A stretch of DNA of 64,000 nt from an uncultured Fibrobacterota bacterium. GTDB taxonomy: Bacteria; Fibrobacterota; Chitinivibrionia; Chitinivibrionales; FEN-1185. Shown one piece after another: positions 41,273 through 52,446 of this stretch. The stretch's first letter is position 1. The number at the start of each line of letters is the position of its first letter. Below the pieces are notes generated by a model. The model saw only the letters and a list, made by a program, of their open reading frames with translations, made no database searches and was not told where the DNA came from. The stretch is taken from assembly GCA_963753345.1 (NCBI GenBank), contig CAVWBU010000049.1:32001-96000 (forward strand). The letters run 5' to 3'. A program made the translations under genes and the position numbers.

Positions 41273-41932
41273 ATGAAAGTTATTAAAGAATATTCCTGCT
41301 ACCTCTTCGACGCCGACGGAACGCTCCTGGACACCACGGAGCTCATTCACCAGTGCTTCATCTTTACATGCAGGAAATACGGCGGCTTTGAAATTTCCCG
41401 GGAGCGCGTGACCGAGAATATCGGCCTTACGCTCAGGCGCCAGACGGAATTGTATCTTGGTCCGCTCACCGACGACAGGTATAAGACCATTGGCGGCGAC
41501 CACATGAAGTACCAGCTGTCCATTTACCCGCAATACCTCCGGCTTTTTCCCGGCGTGGCAAAGGGCCTTGGGCTCTTGCGCTCGCGGGGAAAGCACTGCG
41601 CCGTGGTGACCTCACGCAGGCGGGAGACGCTTGAACTGTACCTCAGGGAAACCGGGATCCTCGGATATTTTGAGGCGCTGATAACGCCGGAAAGCACGGT
41701 GAAGCACAAACCCGACCCTGAGCCCGTGCTCGCAGCGCTGTCCCAGCTCAAGGTCACCGACAAGGGATCGGTCCTGCTGGTGGGGGATTCCGGGTTCGAC
41801 ATCGAATGCGGGTCGCGCGCGGGCGTCGATACCGCGTATGTCAACAGGAGTCACAACGACTCTTTGACACTTGCGACGCGTCCCACCTATGTGATAGACG
41901 ATTTCATGCAGATCTGCGCGGAAACGGCATAA
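41273..41932 (+). CDS. HAD-superfamily phosphatase (PpaX-like)
   Basis: FDADGTLLD, VTS, KPDPEP, VGDS..D. Confidence 0.9.
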   Translation: MKVIKEYSCYLFDADGTLLDTTELIHQCFIFTCRKYGGFEISRERVTENIGLTLRRQTELYLGPLTDDRYKTIGGDHMKYQLSIYPQYLRLFPGVAKGLGLLRSRGKHCAVVTSRRRETLELYLRETGILGYFEALITPESTVKHKPDPEPVLAALSQLKVTDKGSVLLVGDSGFDIECGSRAGVDTAYVNRSHNDSLTLATRPTYVIDDFMQICAETA

Positions 41933-41952
41933 CGTTGTATATTTAACCCTTC

Positions 41953-42672
41953 ATGGTCACCTTCTCCTTCATCAGCAAACGTTACGGTTCGCATTCCGGC
42001 CTCGCGGTTGACAATGTCTCCTGCATCGTGGAGCGCGGCGAATTTTTCGCCCTGCTCGGGCCCAACGGCGCGGGAAAAACCACGCTCATCAAGATGCTGC
42101 TCGATTTTGTCAAGCCTACAAGCGGCGGTGCATCCATCAACGGAGTTTCGAGCGCTTCCCCTGCTGCGCGGGAGGGCGTTGGCTACCTCGCCGAAAACGT
42201 TCGCGTGCCCCTGCACCTGTCGGGCAAAGCCTACCTGCGCCGCCAAGCCGAACTGTGCGGCATGTCCGCGGCCGGTGCGGCCGGGACAATCGCCGAAGTC
42301 CTGGAAATCGTTGGCATGGCCGGGAAGGAAAATGCGGCGATGAAGACCTATTCCAAGGGCATGCTGCAGCGCATCGGGCTTGCCGCGGCCATGATACCGG
42401 GCACAAAGCTCCTGGTGCTTGACGAACCGGTGAGCGGCCTGGACCCGCTCGGTATCCGCGACGTGCGGCGCATTATGGAAGGACTCAAGCGGAAAGGCGT
42501 GACCATCATCCTCAATTCACATTTGCTGTCGGAGGTTGAAAAGACCTGCGACACTGCCGCCATCATCGACAAGGGGAGAATCGTCCTCAAAGGCGCGATA
42601 TCGTCCATTGTCCGCGAGGGCGAGACGCTCGAAGACGTGTTCGTGCGCGTGATCGAAGGGCAGCATGCGTAA
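41953..42672 (+). CDS. ABC transporter ATP-binding protein
   Basis: GPNGAGKT, YSKGM, LDEP, H-loop. Confidence 0.95.
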   Translation: MVTFSFISKRYGSHSGLAVDNVSCIVERGEFFALLGPNGAGKTTLIKMLLDFVKPTSGGASINGVSSASPAAREGVGYLAENVRVPLHLSGKAYLRRQAELCGMSAAGAAGTIAEVLEIVGMAGKENAAMKTYSKGMLQRIGLAAAMIPGTKLLVLDEPVSGLDPLGIRDVRRIMEGLKRKGVTIILNSHLLSEVEKTCDTAAIIDKGRIVLKGAISSIVREGETLEDVFVRVIEGQHA

Positions 42673-43473
42673 TTTCTTCCATATTGTAAAGTATACGGTT
42701 GTCGACATCATCCACCAGAAGAGCTTTCTCGTGCTGCTCATCGTGAGCATCGGGTTCGTAATGTTGCTCCGCGGCTGCTACTCGGGCAATTACACGGTGA
42801 ACGGCAGAACGGTCGACGGTTTGACGGTCGCGTGGCACGCGTCCATCGTCGCGTTTCACGTTGTGGCTGCCGGTGTGCTGCTTATTGCCGCAATCTTTTC
42901 CATGAATCTGCTGAGGCGCGACCGCGAAGACGGGACCGCCCAGTACATGCTGTCCAAGCCTCTGCCCCGCATCACCTATGTGTTCGGCCGCGCGATCGGC
43001 GTGTGGCTTGTTTCATTCGCGTTCATGTTCGCGCTTCACCTCACCATTTTTATCATCACGCTCGCCAGCGCGGGCGGGACCATGCCCGGATACCTTGTCG
43101 CGTCGTGTGTGTGCTCCGCAAACGTGCTCTTTATGGTCCTGCTCGTGTGCCTGATGTCGCTTTACATGCCGGATTTCGCCGCGGCCCTTGCGGGATTGGG
43201 CGTGGCGGCGGTGAGCTACGCGGCCGACTCTTTTTTCCATGCCGCGCAGACCAGGCTGGTGCAGGCCATGATGCAGAACCATCCCCTGAACGCTCCGCCG
43301 TGGGCAATGGCCTGGCCCAAGGTATGCTCGCTGCAGGATTGCGCGGTTACCTTGATAAACGGCAAAGCCTTTCAGCCGATCGGGCCCGTCCATCCCGGTG
43401 ATCGTGATGGCCTTTTACGTAATGTGCTATCGCGGCCGGGCTGGTTCTGGCGTTCGAGCGCAGGGAAATCTGA
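42665..43473 (+). CDS. ABC-2-type permease, apparently frameshifted near 43395-43435
   Basis: TM helices, LSKPLPR motif; last TM segment and ...AFERREI* lie in shifted frames. Confidence 0.75.
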
Positions 43474-43495
43474 CACTTCCGGCAAAGGACACAGC

Positions 43496-44668
43496 ATGAA
43501 GACCCTCTATTTCGACCTCGTGTCGGGCGCAAGCGGCGACATGATCCTTTCATCGCTGATCGACACCGGCGTGCCCGTGGACTGGCTCCGGAGGCAACTC
43601 GCCAAACTGAGGATTCCCGGCTTCACCATTGACGTGGAAAAGCAGAAGCGGAGCGGGATTTCCGCCTCGCATCTTGTGATGAAGTGGGACGCGCCGCGCA
43701 CCTACCGCCACCTCCGGGATTTACTAGGCATGATCAAATCTGCGGGCTACGGCGCGGGCGTGTATTCCCGGTGCGAGTCGGTTCTTATGCGGCTGGGAAA
43801 AGCCGAGGCAAAGGTGCACGACATGCCGCTTGAAAAAGTCCACTTTCACGAGGTGGGCGCGGTGGATACGATTGTTGACGTCGCGGGAATCTGCCTGTGC
43901 CTGGAGAAACTCGCTGCAGACGAGGTGGTTTTCTCGTCGCTCACCGACGGCAGGGGCACGGTGAACACCCAGCACGGCGTGATGCCGGTGCCGGTGCCCG
44001 CCGTGGCTGCCATGGCACAGGGGTTCGATCTGCGGATACTTGACATTCAGGGAGAGCTTCTCACGCCAACGGGGTGCGCCGTTCTCACCGCGCTGGGCAG
44101 GCAAGTCACAACCGGCGTATCCGGCACGGTGCTCTCCACCGGCTACGGCTGCGGCGACAAGTCGTTCAAGGAAACACCGAACGTTCTCCGCGTGTTTCTA
44201 GTCGAGCGGGATATATCCTCGCCGGCCGGCCGCGTGTGCGTCCTGGAATCGGACATGGACCACATTTCGGGCGAGATCATGGCCGATGCGGCCGGAAGGC
44301 TCATGCGCGAAGGCGCGCTCGATGTTTCGTGGCTGCCGGTGTTCATGAAAAAGGGAAGGCCCGGCTACAGACTCACCGTGCTGTGCGCGCCGGACAAGCA
44401 GCAGGAACTCGTCGACGCCATTATTATTCACACACGCACGCTCGGCGTGCGCATGCGCATGGAAGACCGAGTTGTGGCGGAAAGAAAGCAGGGTACTGCC
44501 AAACTCCGGGGGCAGGGTATTGAGGTGAAGGAATGTTCGTACAAGGGGCACTCGTTTACAAAGCCGGAATACGAGGCGCTGGCGAGGATAAGCGAGAAAA
44601 CCGGGACGCCGGTTGTCGAGCTTATGGAGGAATACCACGAAGGGATAAGGCGGCCGCGGCGGCGTTGA
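43496..44668 (+). CDS. larC: Nickel pincer cofactor biosynthesis protein LarC
   Basis: LYFDLVSGASGDM, HFHEVGAVD, GELLTPTG, MKKGRPG, KPEYE; has its own RBS and ATG. Confidence 0.92.
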   Translation: MKTLYFDLVSGASGDMILSSLIDTGVPVDWLRRQLAKLRIPGFTIDVEKQKRSGISASHLVMKWDAPRTYRHLRDLLGMIKSAGYGAGVYSRCESVLMRLGKAEAKVHDMPLEKVHFHEVGAVDTIVDVAGICLCLEKLAADEVVFSSLTDGRGTVNTQHGVMPVPVPAVAAMAQGFDLRILDIQGELLTPTGCAVLTALGRQVTTGVSGTVLSTGYGCGDKSFKETPNVLRVFLVERDISSPAGRVCVLESDMDHISGEIMADAAGRLMREGALDVSWLPVFMKKGRPGYRLTVLCAPDKQQELVDAIIIHTRTLGVRMRMEDRVVAERKQGTAKLRGQGIEVKECSYKGHSFTKPEYEALARISEKTGTPVVELMEEYHEGIRRPRRR

Positions 44669-44811
44669 GAGGGCGCGGCGGCGGCCGGCATGCCGGGACA
44701 CAACCCTTGTTTGCCTCCCTCGTGATATAGTATTTTACCCAATCCGCTCAAACGATACTCAGGCATTTTTCCCGTTGTTGCTATAAATCAATATCCTGAA
44801 AGGTGGATTCG

Positions 44812-45975
44812 ATGAGGTATCTGTTTACTTCTGAAAGTGTGTCGCAGGGACATCCGGACAAAGTTGCCGACCAGATCTCCGATGCGGTGCTCGACGCCAT
44901 GCTCGAGCAGGACCCGTATTCCCGCGTCGCGTGCGAGACGCTGGTGACCACCGGCCTCGTGGTGGTGGCCGGCGAAATAACGAGCAAGGCGATTGTCGAC
45001 ATTCCCGGCGTGGTCCGCCGCACGATTTCCGAAATCGGCTACAACGACCCCGGCCTCGGGTTTGAGTCGAAAAGCTGCGGCATTCTCGTGACACTTGACA
45101 AACAGTCACCCGATATCTCCCAGGGAGTCACCGCGGGAAAGGGACTTCACAAGGAGCAGGGCGCGGGCGACCAGGGCATGATGTTCGGCTATGCCTGCGA
45201 CGAGACCAAGACCTACATGCCGCTCGCCATTCATCTTGCGCACCGGCTGGTGGAATACCTCACGTTCGCGCGGGAAAAGAAACTCATCAAGTACCTGCGT
45301 CCCGACAGCAAGTCGCAGGTGACCGTTGAATACGAGAACGACAAACCCGTGCGCGTCCATACCGTGGTGCTTTCCACCCAGCATGCGCCCGATGTTTCGT
45401 ACCAGAAAATCAGGAAAGACATGATCGAGAAGATCATCAGGAAGGTGATCCCGGCAAAACTGCTTGACAAGAAAACAGTTTTTCACGTCAATCCCACGGG
45501 ACGGTTTGTGATCGGCGGCCCTCACGGCGACAGCGGCGTTACGGGCCGCAAAATTATCGTCGACACGTACGGCGGATACGGCGGCCATGGCGGCGGAGCT
45601 TTTTCGGGCAAGGACCCCACCAAGGTTGACCGGAGCGCCGCGTACGCCGCGCGCTGGATCGCCAAGAACCTTGTGGCGGCCAAGCTGGCGAAAAAGGTGA
45701 GGATACAGGTGTCGTACGCCATCGGCGTCGCAAAGCCCATTTCGATTTATGTGGACACCTACGGCACCGGCATCATGTCCGACGACAAGATAAGCAGGAT
45801 CGTGGAAAAAGTGTTCGACCTCCGTCCCGCCGCCATCATCGAAAAGCTCAAGCTGCGGCGGCCCATCTACCGCGAGACCGCCCGCAACGGCCATTTCGGC
45901 CGCGAGCTCCCGAATTTCACATGGGAGAAGCTTGACATGGTGGCAAAAATCAGGAAAGCCGCGAAGCTCAAGTAA
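44812..45975 (+). CDS. metK: S-adenosylmethionine synthetase
   Basis: [33 protein letters not shown]. Confidence 0.98.
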   Translation: MRYLFTSESVSQGHPDKVADQISDAVLDAMLEQDPYSRVACETLVTTGLVVVAGEITSKAIVDIPGVVRRTISEIGYNDPGLGFESKSCGILVTLDKQSPDISQGVTAGKGLHKEQGAGDQGMMFGYACDETKTYMPLAIHLAHRLVEYLTFAREKKLIKYLRPDSKSQVTVEYENDKPVRVHTVVLSTQHAPDVSYQKIRKDMIEKIIRKVIPAKLLDKKTVFHVNPTGRFVIGGPHGDSGVTGRKIIVDTYGGYGGHGGGAFSGKDPTKVDRSAAYAARWIAKNLVAAKLAKKVRIQVSYAIGVAKPISIYVDTYGTGIMSDDKISRIVEKVFDLRPAAIIEKLKLRRPIYRETARNGHFGRELPNFTWEKLDMVAKIRKAAKLK

Positions 45976-46159
45976 GGCGGTTTTGTTGAGAATGAAGTGA
46001 GGGCATAGAGCGATCTATGCCCTTTCTTATAGGAAAAGCCTCTCGCAAAGATCGCCACGGTCGCAGAGAATATAAAAAGGTATTTTACCTTTTGCGCTCC
46101 TGGCGTTCTTGGCGAGATATTTTTTAGAGTAGACTTCTGAAATCAAGGAGAATCGCTCT

Positions 46160-47743
46160 ATGGACAACCGCCCGTCCGTCGTTCTCACCGGCAACGACCT
46201 CACGGTCGAGGACATCGTGGCCATCGGCATCGGCGACAAGCGCGTCACCATCGATCCGGCGGCGCTTTCCCGGTGCAAGGAGTCGCGCGACTTTCTCGTC
46301 CGTGAAGTGGAGGCGCGGCGCATCATCTACGGGGTGAACACGTCGTTCGGCCCCATGTGCAACAAGATCATCGCCGACGCCGACATCGAGACGCTGCAGG
46401 TCAATCTCATCAGGAGCCATGCCGCGGGGCTCGGCGATCCCATCAAACCCTACATCGCGCTGGCCGTGCTCGCCGTGCGGCTCAACACGCTTGTCAAGGG
46501 ATTTTCCGGCGTGCGCATCGAACTGGTGGCGCTCATGGCGGAAATGGTGAACGCCGGCATCGCGCCCTATATTCCCGAATGCGGCAGCGTGGGCGCGTCG
46601 GGCGACCTGGTGCACCTGGCGCACACGGCGCTCGCCGTTATCGGCGAGGGAAACGTGTTTTACAAGAAGGAATTCATGCCCGCGCGTGCGGCGTTTGCGA
46701 AAGCGGGGCTCGCGCCGGCGCGCCTGAGCTACAAGGAAGGGATCGCCATCATGAACGGCACGAGCGCCATGACCGCCATCGCGGCGTTTGCGCTGTTCGG
46801 CGCAAAAAAACTGCTGCGTCTCGCATGCGTCAACGCGGCGTTCGCCATCGAGATCTTCGGCGGCATCGACGACGCGTTCGACGAAGACCTGCACGAGGTG
46901 AAGCCGCATCCGGGTCAGAAGGCCGTCGCCGCGATCATCCGCAGGCTGTACGGCGGCTCGAAGAACATCACCCTCCGGAAAGACATGCACGAGATCATCC
47001 GGCGCCAGCAGACCGACGGCCGCGTGTTCGAGACGAGCATCAACGTGCAGGACGTGTATTCCATCCGGTGCGCGCCGCAGATCCTCGCGCCCGTGAGCGA
47101 GGCCATCGAGGCCGCGGCTCGCACCATAGAGATCGAGGCGAATTCGTCGAACGACAATCCCATCATCATTCCCCAAAAGCAAAAGATCATCCACGGCGGC
47201 AATTTCCACGGCCAGAGCGTGGGCTTTGCCATGGACATGCTGTGCATGGCCGTCGCCGAGTTGTGCACGCTGTCGGAGCGGCGGCTCAACAAGCTGCTTG
47301 ACAAGAGCCTCAACGAGGGCCTGCCCGAGCATCTCATTCCGGGGACCGTGGGCCTCACCATGGGGTTCATGGGCGCGCAGTACCTGGCCACCTCCACCAC
47401 GGCGGAAAACAGGCAGCTCGCGAACCCGGTGAGCACGCTGTCAATCTCGTGCAACGCGTCGAACCAGGACGTGGTGAGCATGGGTACGGTCGCGGCGCGC
47501 AAGGCGTTCAAGGCGGTGAGCAACGCCAAGCACGTGCTCACGCTCGAGACCCTCGCGCAGATGCAGGCGCTCTCCTTTCGCAATGCGGCGACCATGGGGC
47601 GCGGCACCACCAAGGTGTACAACACGCTCAAGCCGCATTTCTCGGTCTACGACAACACACGGGTGTTCCACGACGACCTGGTGAAATTCAGGAAGCTGCT
47701 GTTTTCAAGCCAGTTGTTTGATGACTTGGAAGTTTATTATTGA
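46160..47743 (+). CDS. MIO-dependent aromatic amino acid ammonia-lyase (HAL/PAL/TAL family)
   Basis: YGVNTSFG, GSVGASGDL (ASG), QDVYSIRC, GGNFHG, NQDVVSMG. Confidence 0.93.
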   Translation: MDNRPSVVLTGNDLTVEDIVAIGIGDKRVTIDPAALSRCKESRDFLVREVEARRIIYGVNTSFGPMCNKIIADADIETLQVNLIRSHAAGLGDPIKPYIALAVLAVRLNTLVKGFSGVRIELVALMAEMVNAGIAPYIPECGSVGASGDLVHLAHTALAVIGEGNVFYKKEFMPARAAFAKAGLAPARLSYKEGIAIMNGTSAMTAIAAFALFGAKKLLRLACVNAAFAIEIFGGIDDAFDEDLHEVKPHPGQKAVAAIIRRLYGGSKNITLRKDMHEIIRRQQTDGRVFETSINVQDVYSIRCAPQILAPVSEAIEAAARTIEIEANSSNDNPIIIPQKQKIIHGGNFHGQSVGFAMDMLCMAVAELCTLSERRLNKLLDKSLNEGLPEHLIPGTVGLTMGFMGAQYLATSTTAENRQLANPVSTLSISCNASNQDVVSMGTVAARKAFKAVSNAKHVLTLETLAQMQALSFRNAATMGRGTTKVYNTLKPHFSVYDNTRVFHDDLVKFRKLLFSSQLFDDLEVYY

Positions 47744-47760
47744 GAATTAGAAGAAGATAT

Positions 47761-48160
47761 GGGCGTTCCCCCGGTTGTGAAACACAACCGGGGTCGGTCT
47801 CCCTCCGGGCTCGGCTGTTCGCCTCGTTGCCGGACCGCCCTATGCCTATCGGCCGGGTCGGCCGGCAATTCGCTTTGGCTCACCCTCCGGTCCACCTAAC
47901 GCGCGCAAACAGGAATCTATTCTGTCAAGTGGTAATACTTGCGCAATGCGAAAATCTTGTTGATCAGCGCAGAAAATCCTGATTCGTCAAGCCTGCGGGG
48001 ATTGTGGAAGATTCCTGCTGCCAAGCGCCAGGCAGGACTGGAGGCCGCGCTGGAGCGCGGTGCTGCCTGACCACGGCCCGCAGGGCCCTCGTGGCAGGCA
48101 GCCCCGAGGCCGTAGGCCGAGACCGGAAGGAGGGCCGCCGTCGTCTTCTGCGGGGCGCCC
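47761..48160. repeat. Head-to-head pair of unit B: 47761-47902 (-) and 48025-48160 (+)
   Basis: Both copies carry the full core motif set. Confidence 0.9.
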
Positions 48161-48266
48161 AACTCATTTCTTTCCAATTCTATTCTGCAAAAAAAGTCCC
48201 TTTATCACCGTTTTCTATCTTATTTTTAATACAATGGCGAGGGCTGCCATTCCACAAGGAGGAACC

Positions 48267-48803
48267 ATGTCAGGCGCGAAGAAGACACTGATTGCCGGAT
48301 GCTGCATTGCGGGGCTGCTTGCGCTGCCGCTTTCGGCGCAGCAGATGGTCGACAACTGGAAGATCACGCCGGCCACGGATGGAAGCACGCTGGCCATGGC
48401 GATATCGAATCCGGCCACTCCTCTCAACATCGAAGCGGAGATGGACTATTCGGTCGCGAACAACGGCGTGCCGTCAAAGGCGACGGTAAAATTCAAGACA
48501 GGCGTTCAGCGCGCCATGACGCCTGAGGAAGTGGATTTTTACTGGTCGAATCTCAAAGGCCCCAACGCTTTCTGGAATTATATGCAGGGACAGGGAAAGA
48601 CCAACAGCTTCACCTCGAACACCGACCAGATTCCCTTCAGCTTTCTCGGACGCACGGTAAGGGTAATTTCGAACGAAAACAATTTATACATCGGCACGCT
48701 GGCCCAGAACACCAATACACCCGATTGGTTCTCGCTCGACATCAAGGGAAACCGCGTCTTGTTCTGGCGGAAAGCGGTGAAGGAAATTCAACAGCTCAAG
48801 TAG
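48267..48803 (+). CDS. Unknown secreted protein, paralog 1 of 3
   Basis: AGGAGG RBS, signal peptide, FKTGVQRAMTPEEV...AVKEIQQLK. Confidence 0.85.
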   Translation: MSGAKKTLIAGCCIAGLLALPLSAQQMVDNWKITPATDGSTLAMAISNPATPLNIEAEMDYSVANNGVPSKATVKFKTGVQRAMTPEEVDFYWSNLKGPNAFWNYMQGQGKTNSFTSNTDQIPFSFLGRTVRVISNENNLYIGTLAQNTNTPDWFSLDIKGNRVLFWRKAVKEIQQLK

Positions 48804-48820
48804 GGTTTTTTGAAATTGAC

Positions 48821-48860
48821 AAAAAGAAAGCCGCCGAGTCGATCCGGCGGCTTTCTTTTT
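48821..48860. terminator. Bidirectional intrinsic terminator
   Basis: aaaaagaaagccgccg...cggcggctttcttttt between convergent genes. Confidence 0.85.
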
Positions 48861-48886
48861 GCGCGCTTTGCGCGCGGAAAACGGGC

Positions 48887-50314
48887 CTATCGGGCCGGAA
48901 GTCGGCCGGCCTTATTGGCCGAGTCGCGCGGAAGCTGGGCAACCTGCGCCTGCATCTCCTCAACGCTGCACGCGACGGGAAACTCCGACTGGTAGGCCTT
49001 GACGGTTTGCGCGGCATCGTCGCGCCGTTTCTGTGCCAGTTCGATTTTCACGAGCATGCCGTACTCGCGCTCGCGCCATGCGCCCACCGGATATGACGCA
49101 AGATAGCTGCGAATTCCTTGTTCTGCTTCCCCGTAACGGCCGAGCTTGGAAAACAGGATGCTGTTGCTTCGGTGAAGCACGGCCTCGCGCACGAGGCTGT
49201 CGTTCGTGGCGGCGACGGCCTTTCTATAGGCTTCGAGCGCGCTTTCCCAGCGGCCCGTCTTGCTGTAGCAGAGCGCAAGATCGCAGTACGCGACGTCTTG
49301 GTCAAGCGAATGGCGGGAGAGATAGTTGACAATAGCGACTATCGTGCCGTCATAATCGCCCCGGCGGATGAGGTGCCGGACCGCGGCATAGGCCTGCTGT
49401 GCGGAAGCGAGGTCGTCCGCCGAGGACCTGGAGCTCTGGTGGGCATCCGTGCCGCGGGGCGGCGCGAGTGGAAAGGCCCACGGGCCCAGTGCTTCGAAAT
49501 CTTCGGCCAGCTGCATGTGCAGCAACCGGGGCAGGGGTCCTGTGCTCAGGGAGCCGCCCGCGCCGTCCGCAAGGCAGAGTTCGCCGCAGGACACGGCTGT
49601 CTGGCCGCCGGTCCGGCTGCTGCGGACCGTCACCGTTCCCTCGATGACCGAAACGCGCACTTCGTCGCCAGTGCGGTCAACCGAAAAATGAGTCCCCGTG
49701 GCCACAGCCGTAACCGTTCCGCAGCGGACCGCGATGGTGTCGTAGAGCCTCTTGTGCGCTGCGATTAGAACGGCGCCGTGTCCAAGGTCGAAATGCACGA
49801 CCCGCCTTTCGGGCCGGCTGATCACAACGCTCGAATTGGGGCATACCTTCAAAGCGCACATCCTGTCGAAAACGACAATGCTATCTCTTGCCGACGTTGA
49901 AATCGCACCATCCTGTGATGCCGGAGCGGCTGCAGCGGGCAAAGAATGGTTTCTGTTCTGCAGACCGAACACATAATACACCGAAGCAACCGCCGCGAAA
50001 ACAAGCACGGCCGCCGCTGCCAGGAACCTGAGCGGCGGTCTTTTCGACGGAAATTCGAGCATCCGCGGCGGCCGGCTGCCTAGCGCGAGGCCGCGGTCGA
50101 TGGCGGCCATTGCGGCGGCGCTGTCGAAACATGAATCCGCCGGTGCAGGACGTTTGAGGAGCGCGAGCGTGGCACGCGCTTCGCGGTACGCGCGTCCGCA
50201 GCGCCCGCATACCGCAACGTGCGTCTCCACGGCGAGCCTTTGCTCTTTGTCAAGAAGACCGTCGCACAGCAGATACACCTGACGTTCGGTTACGTTACAT
50301 TTCATATCATGCAA
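48887..50314 (-). CDS. Anti-sigma factor: zinc-finger (HxxxCxxC), TM helix, FecR domain, TPR repeats
   Basis: HVAVCGRC; ATGTHFSV..VSVIEGTV; C-terminal helical repeats. Confidence 0.85.
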   Translation of the reverse strand: MHDMKCNVTERQVYLLCDGLLDKEQRLAVETHVAVCGRCGRAYREARATLALLKRPAPADSCFDSAAAMAAIDRGLALGSRPPRMLEFPSKRPPLRFLAAAAVLVFAAVASVYYVFGLQNRNHSLPAAAAPASQDGAISTSARDSIVVFDRMCALKVCPNSSVVISRPERRVVHFDLGHGAVLIAAHKRLYDTIAVRCGTVTAVATGTHFSVDRTGDEVRVSVIEGTVTVRSSRTGGQTAVSCGELCLADGAGGSLSTGPLPRLLHMQLAEDFEALGPWAFPLAPPRGTDAHQSSRSSADDLASAQQAYAAVRHLIRRGDYDGTIVAIVNYLSRHSLDQDVAYCDLALCYSKTGRWESALEAYRKAVAATNDSLVREAVLHRSNSILFSKLGRYGEAEQGIRSYLASYPVGAWREREYGMLVKIELAQKRRDDAAQTVKAYQSEFPVACSVEEMQAQVAQLPRDSANKAGRLPAR

Positions 50315-50882
50315 CTTCCATCATCCCGCTTTTCTTGAGTTGCTTCGTGACAAGCTTGCGTCCCTTGAACAGTATGGCCTTTATCGCATTTTCGCTTTTC
50401 CCGGTCTGCTTTGCAATGTCCTCAAGGCTTGCGTCTGCAAAGTAGAACATCGAAAAGATCTCCCGGCTGATTTCCGGCATGCCCTCGATGACCGACACCG
50501 CCTTTTCAAACATACGCCGGCGGTCGATGCCCGCCTCGACGTCCTGGTCGCCGGCGAGAACCTGTTCGGGCACATCGTCGAGCCCCGTTGTCTTCCGGTG
50601 TTCGGTCTCCCTGGCAAGCACCGTGAACGTAACGTTGACGGTTATCCGGTAGAGCCAGGTGCTGAACTTGCAATGCCCCTTGAAGTCGCCTATTTTCCGG
50701 ATGACGCGCATCGCCACTTCCTGGAAGATGTCCTGCGTCAGCTGGGGGTTCCTGGTGATGCGCGTAGCGACCGCGTGTATCATCCCGCTATTTGCAAAGA
50801 GCAGTTCCCGAAGCGCCTGTGGGTCACCATTCCGGCTTTTTGCCACAAGGTCGCTCTCGGGAAGAGTACCTGCATTCATCAA
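50307..50882 (-). CDS. ECF sigma-70 factor
   Basis: DIFQEV, FSTWLYRITVN, region-4 HTH; overlaps the anti-sigma gene. Confidence 0.92.
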   Translation of the reverse strand: MMNAGTLPESDLVAKSRNGDPQALRELLFANSGMIHAVATRITRNPQLTQDIFQEVAMRVIRKIGDFKGHCKFSTWLYRITVNVTFTVLARETEHRKTTGLDDVPEQVLAGDQDVEAGIDRRRMFEKAVSVIEGMPEISREIFSMFYFADASLEDIAKQTGKSENAIKAILFKGRKLVTKQLKKSGMMEVA

Positions 50883-51255
50883 TAAGACCCCGAACAGGAG
50901 GAAAAGTTACCCGGATAGTGAAAAGTCTTGATACTGGTGTCCTAAATATATGATCTTCATGGCAGATGCGGCATGCAAAAAAACCGGAAACCGCTTGCCT
51001 GTGACTGCCGTCTAACTGGTAGTTGAAGGTAAATCGCCCGCTCCAAAGAGAAAAAAGAGGTCGCCGACAGAATCGGGGGAAGAATCAATGGGAAAATTGT
51101 ATATTTTCTTCAGTTTTCTTGATCTTCAACATTCAATTTGACGACTTAATATATGGATCACGTAATCAGCAGTTGAAGAGTGTCCGCTGCCAGGGGCGAG
51201 GGGCTTTAAGCTACCATTGTACCAAGACCGGGCAATTTTAAACAAGGAGAAGAGC

Positions 51256-51795
51256 ATGATGCGAGTCCTGAAGAAATCGGTTTTCGCTGTGTGCGCTGTC
51301 GCTGTCATCGGAGCGCAAGGGGTGTCCGGGCAGCAGGCTTTTGACAACTGGGCAATATCTCCTGGCCAGGACGGTAAGTCAGTCACCATGACCTATGCGA
51401 ACCCGGGTACCTACCTGAAGATCGAATCGGACCTGGTTCTTTCCGTTGACGCCGCCGGAGCGGCGACCAGCGGAACCATTCATTTCAAAGACGGCGTTCA
51501 GCGCGCCATGACCCCGGGAGAGGTGGCGTTTTACTTTACGGAATACAACGCCGGCGGCGCCTACTGGGACTTCCGGGAGAAACAGGGGACGCTCACCAAA
51601 TTCGACTTCAACAGCGACGCGATCCCGCAGGGTTTCGCTGGCCAGCAGGTGCGGGCGGTGTCCAAAGCAGGGAAGCAGTACATCGGCGTCATGAGTCTGC
51701 TGCCGGCCTCGCCGGACTGGTTTTCGCTCAACATCAGGGGCAACACGATGCTTTTCTACAAGAACGCGGTGAAAGAGATACAAGTTCTAAAATAA
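51256..51795 (+). CDS. Unknown secreted protein, paralog 2 of 3
   Basis: AAGGAG RBS, signal peptide, FKDGVQRAMTPGEV...AVKEIQVLK. Confidence 0.85.
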   Translation: MMRVLKKSVFAVCAVAVIGAQGVSGQQAFDNWAISPGQDGKSVTMTYANPGTYLKIESDLVLSVDAAGAATSGTIHFKDGVQRAMTPGEVAFYFTEYNAGGAYWDFREKQGTLTKFDFNSDAIPQGFAGQQVRAVSKAGKQYIGVMSLLPASPDWFSLNIRGNTMLFYKNAVKEIQVLK

Positions 51796-51812
51796 ATTCT
51801 AAGATTTGAGTT

Positions 51813-52422
51813 GGGTGTTTCCCTCGCTACGCTCGGGCCGGTCTCCTTCCGGGCCACCCCTTCGGGTGCTTCCAAGGGTCGTCGGCTGTCCGCCTCGTTG
51901 CCGGACCGCCCCGATGGCCTTCGGCCGGGCACCCCGTCGGGTGCTTCCAAGGGTCGTCGGCCGGCAAAAGGCAAGAGACACAATGATGAAGCGCGAAGCG
52001 CTATTTCCATGCCTTGGGGAACGAAGTGACAATTCGCTCTGGCTCACCCTGCAGTCCACCTAACGCGGCGCAGAAGATCACCGCCAAATTTTATATCCGG
52101 CTTTCGCTTCTTTTATCCCTTGTCAAATCGGAGAGGTCCGTGCTGAGCGAGGTCAAAGCGGGCCGGGGGTGAGGTCAAATGAAATAGAACGATTGGTTTA
52201 GGAGATTAAAGGATAGAATAATTCCGAAAAGTCAAATCACCAGGTATCGCTTTTATCTGGGGATTATACAACAGGGCAATGCTCCATTGCCCTGCGCCAG
52301 GTCGGACTGAAAAAATGGTCCCGCTAAAGCGGGATTACCGCCTGACCACGGCCCGAAGGGGTAACGAGGCGAACAGCCGAGCCTGAAAGGAGGACCGCCG
52401 CTGCTTTAGCAGCGGGGCGCCC
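51813..52422. repeat. Head-to-head pair of unit B: 51813-52066 (-, with nested inserts) and 52294-52422 (+)
   Basis: Core motifs present on both; the first copy carries two 27-nt inserts. Confidence 0.88.
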
Positions 52423-52446
52423 ATTTTACTTGAATTTGATCGATTC

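Noticed and set aside
42665-44668. Apparent 667-aa ABC permease-LarC fusion
   Set aside because: The permease's last TM segment and stop codon (43471-43473) lie in shifted frames, and larC has its own RBS and ATG at 43496. The fusion is most likely produced by indels near 43395-43435.
44669-44811. SAM riboswitch upstream of metK
   Set aside because: No recognisable SAM-I or SAM-II core in this short leader.
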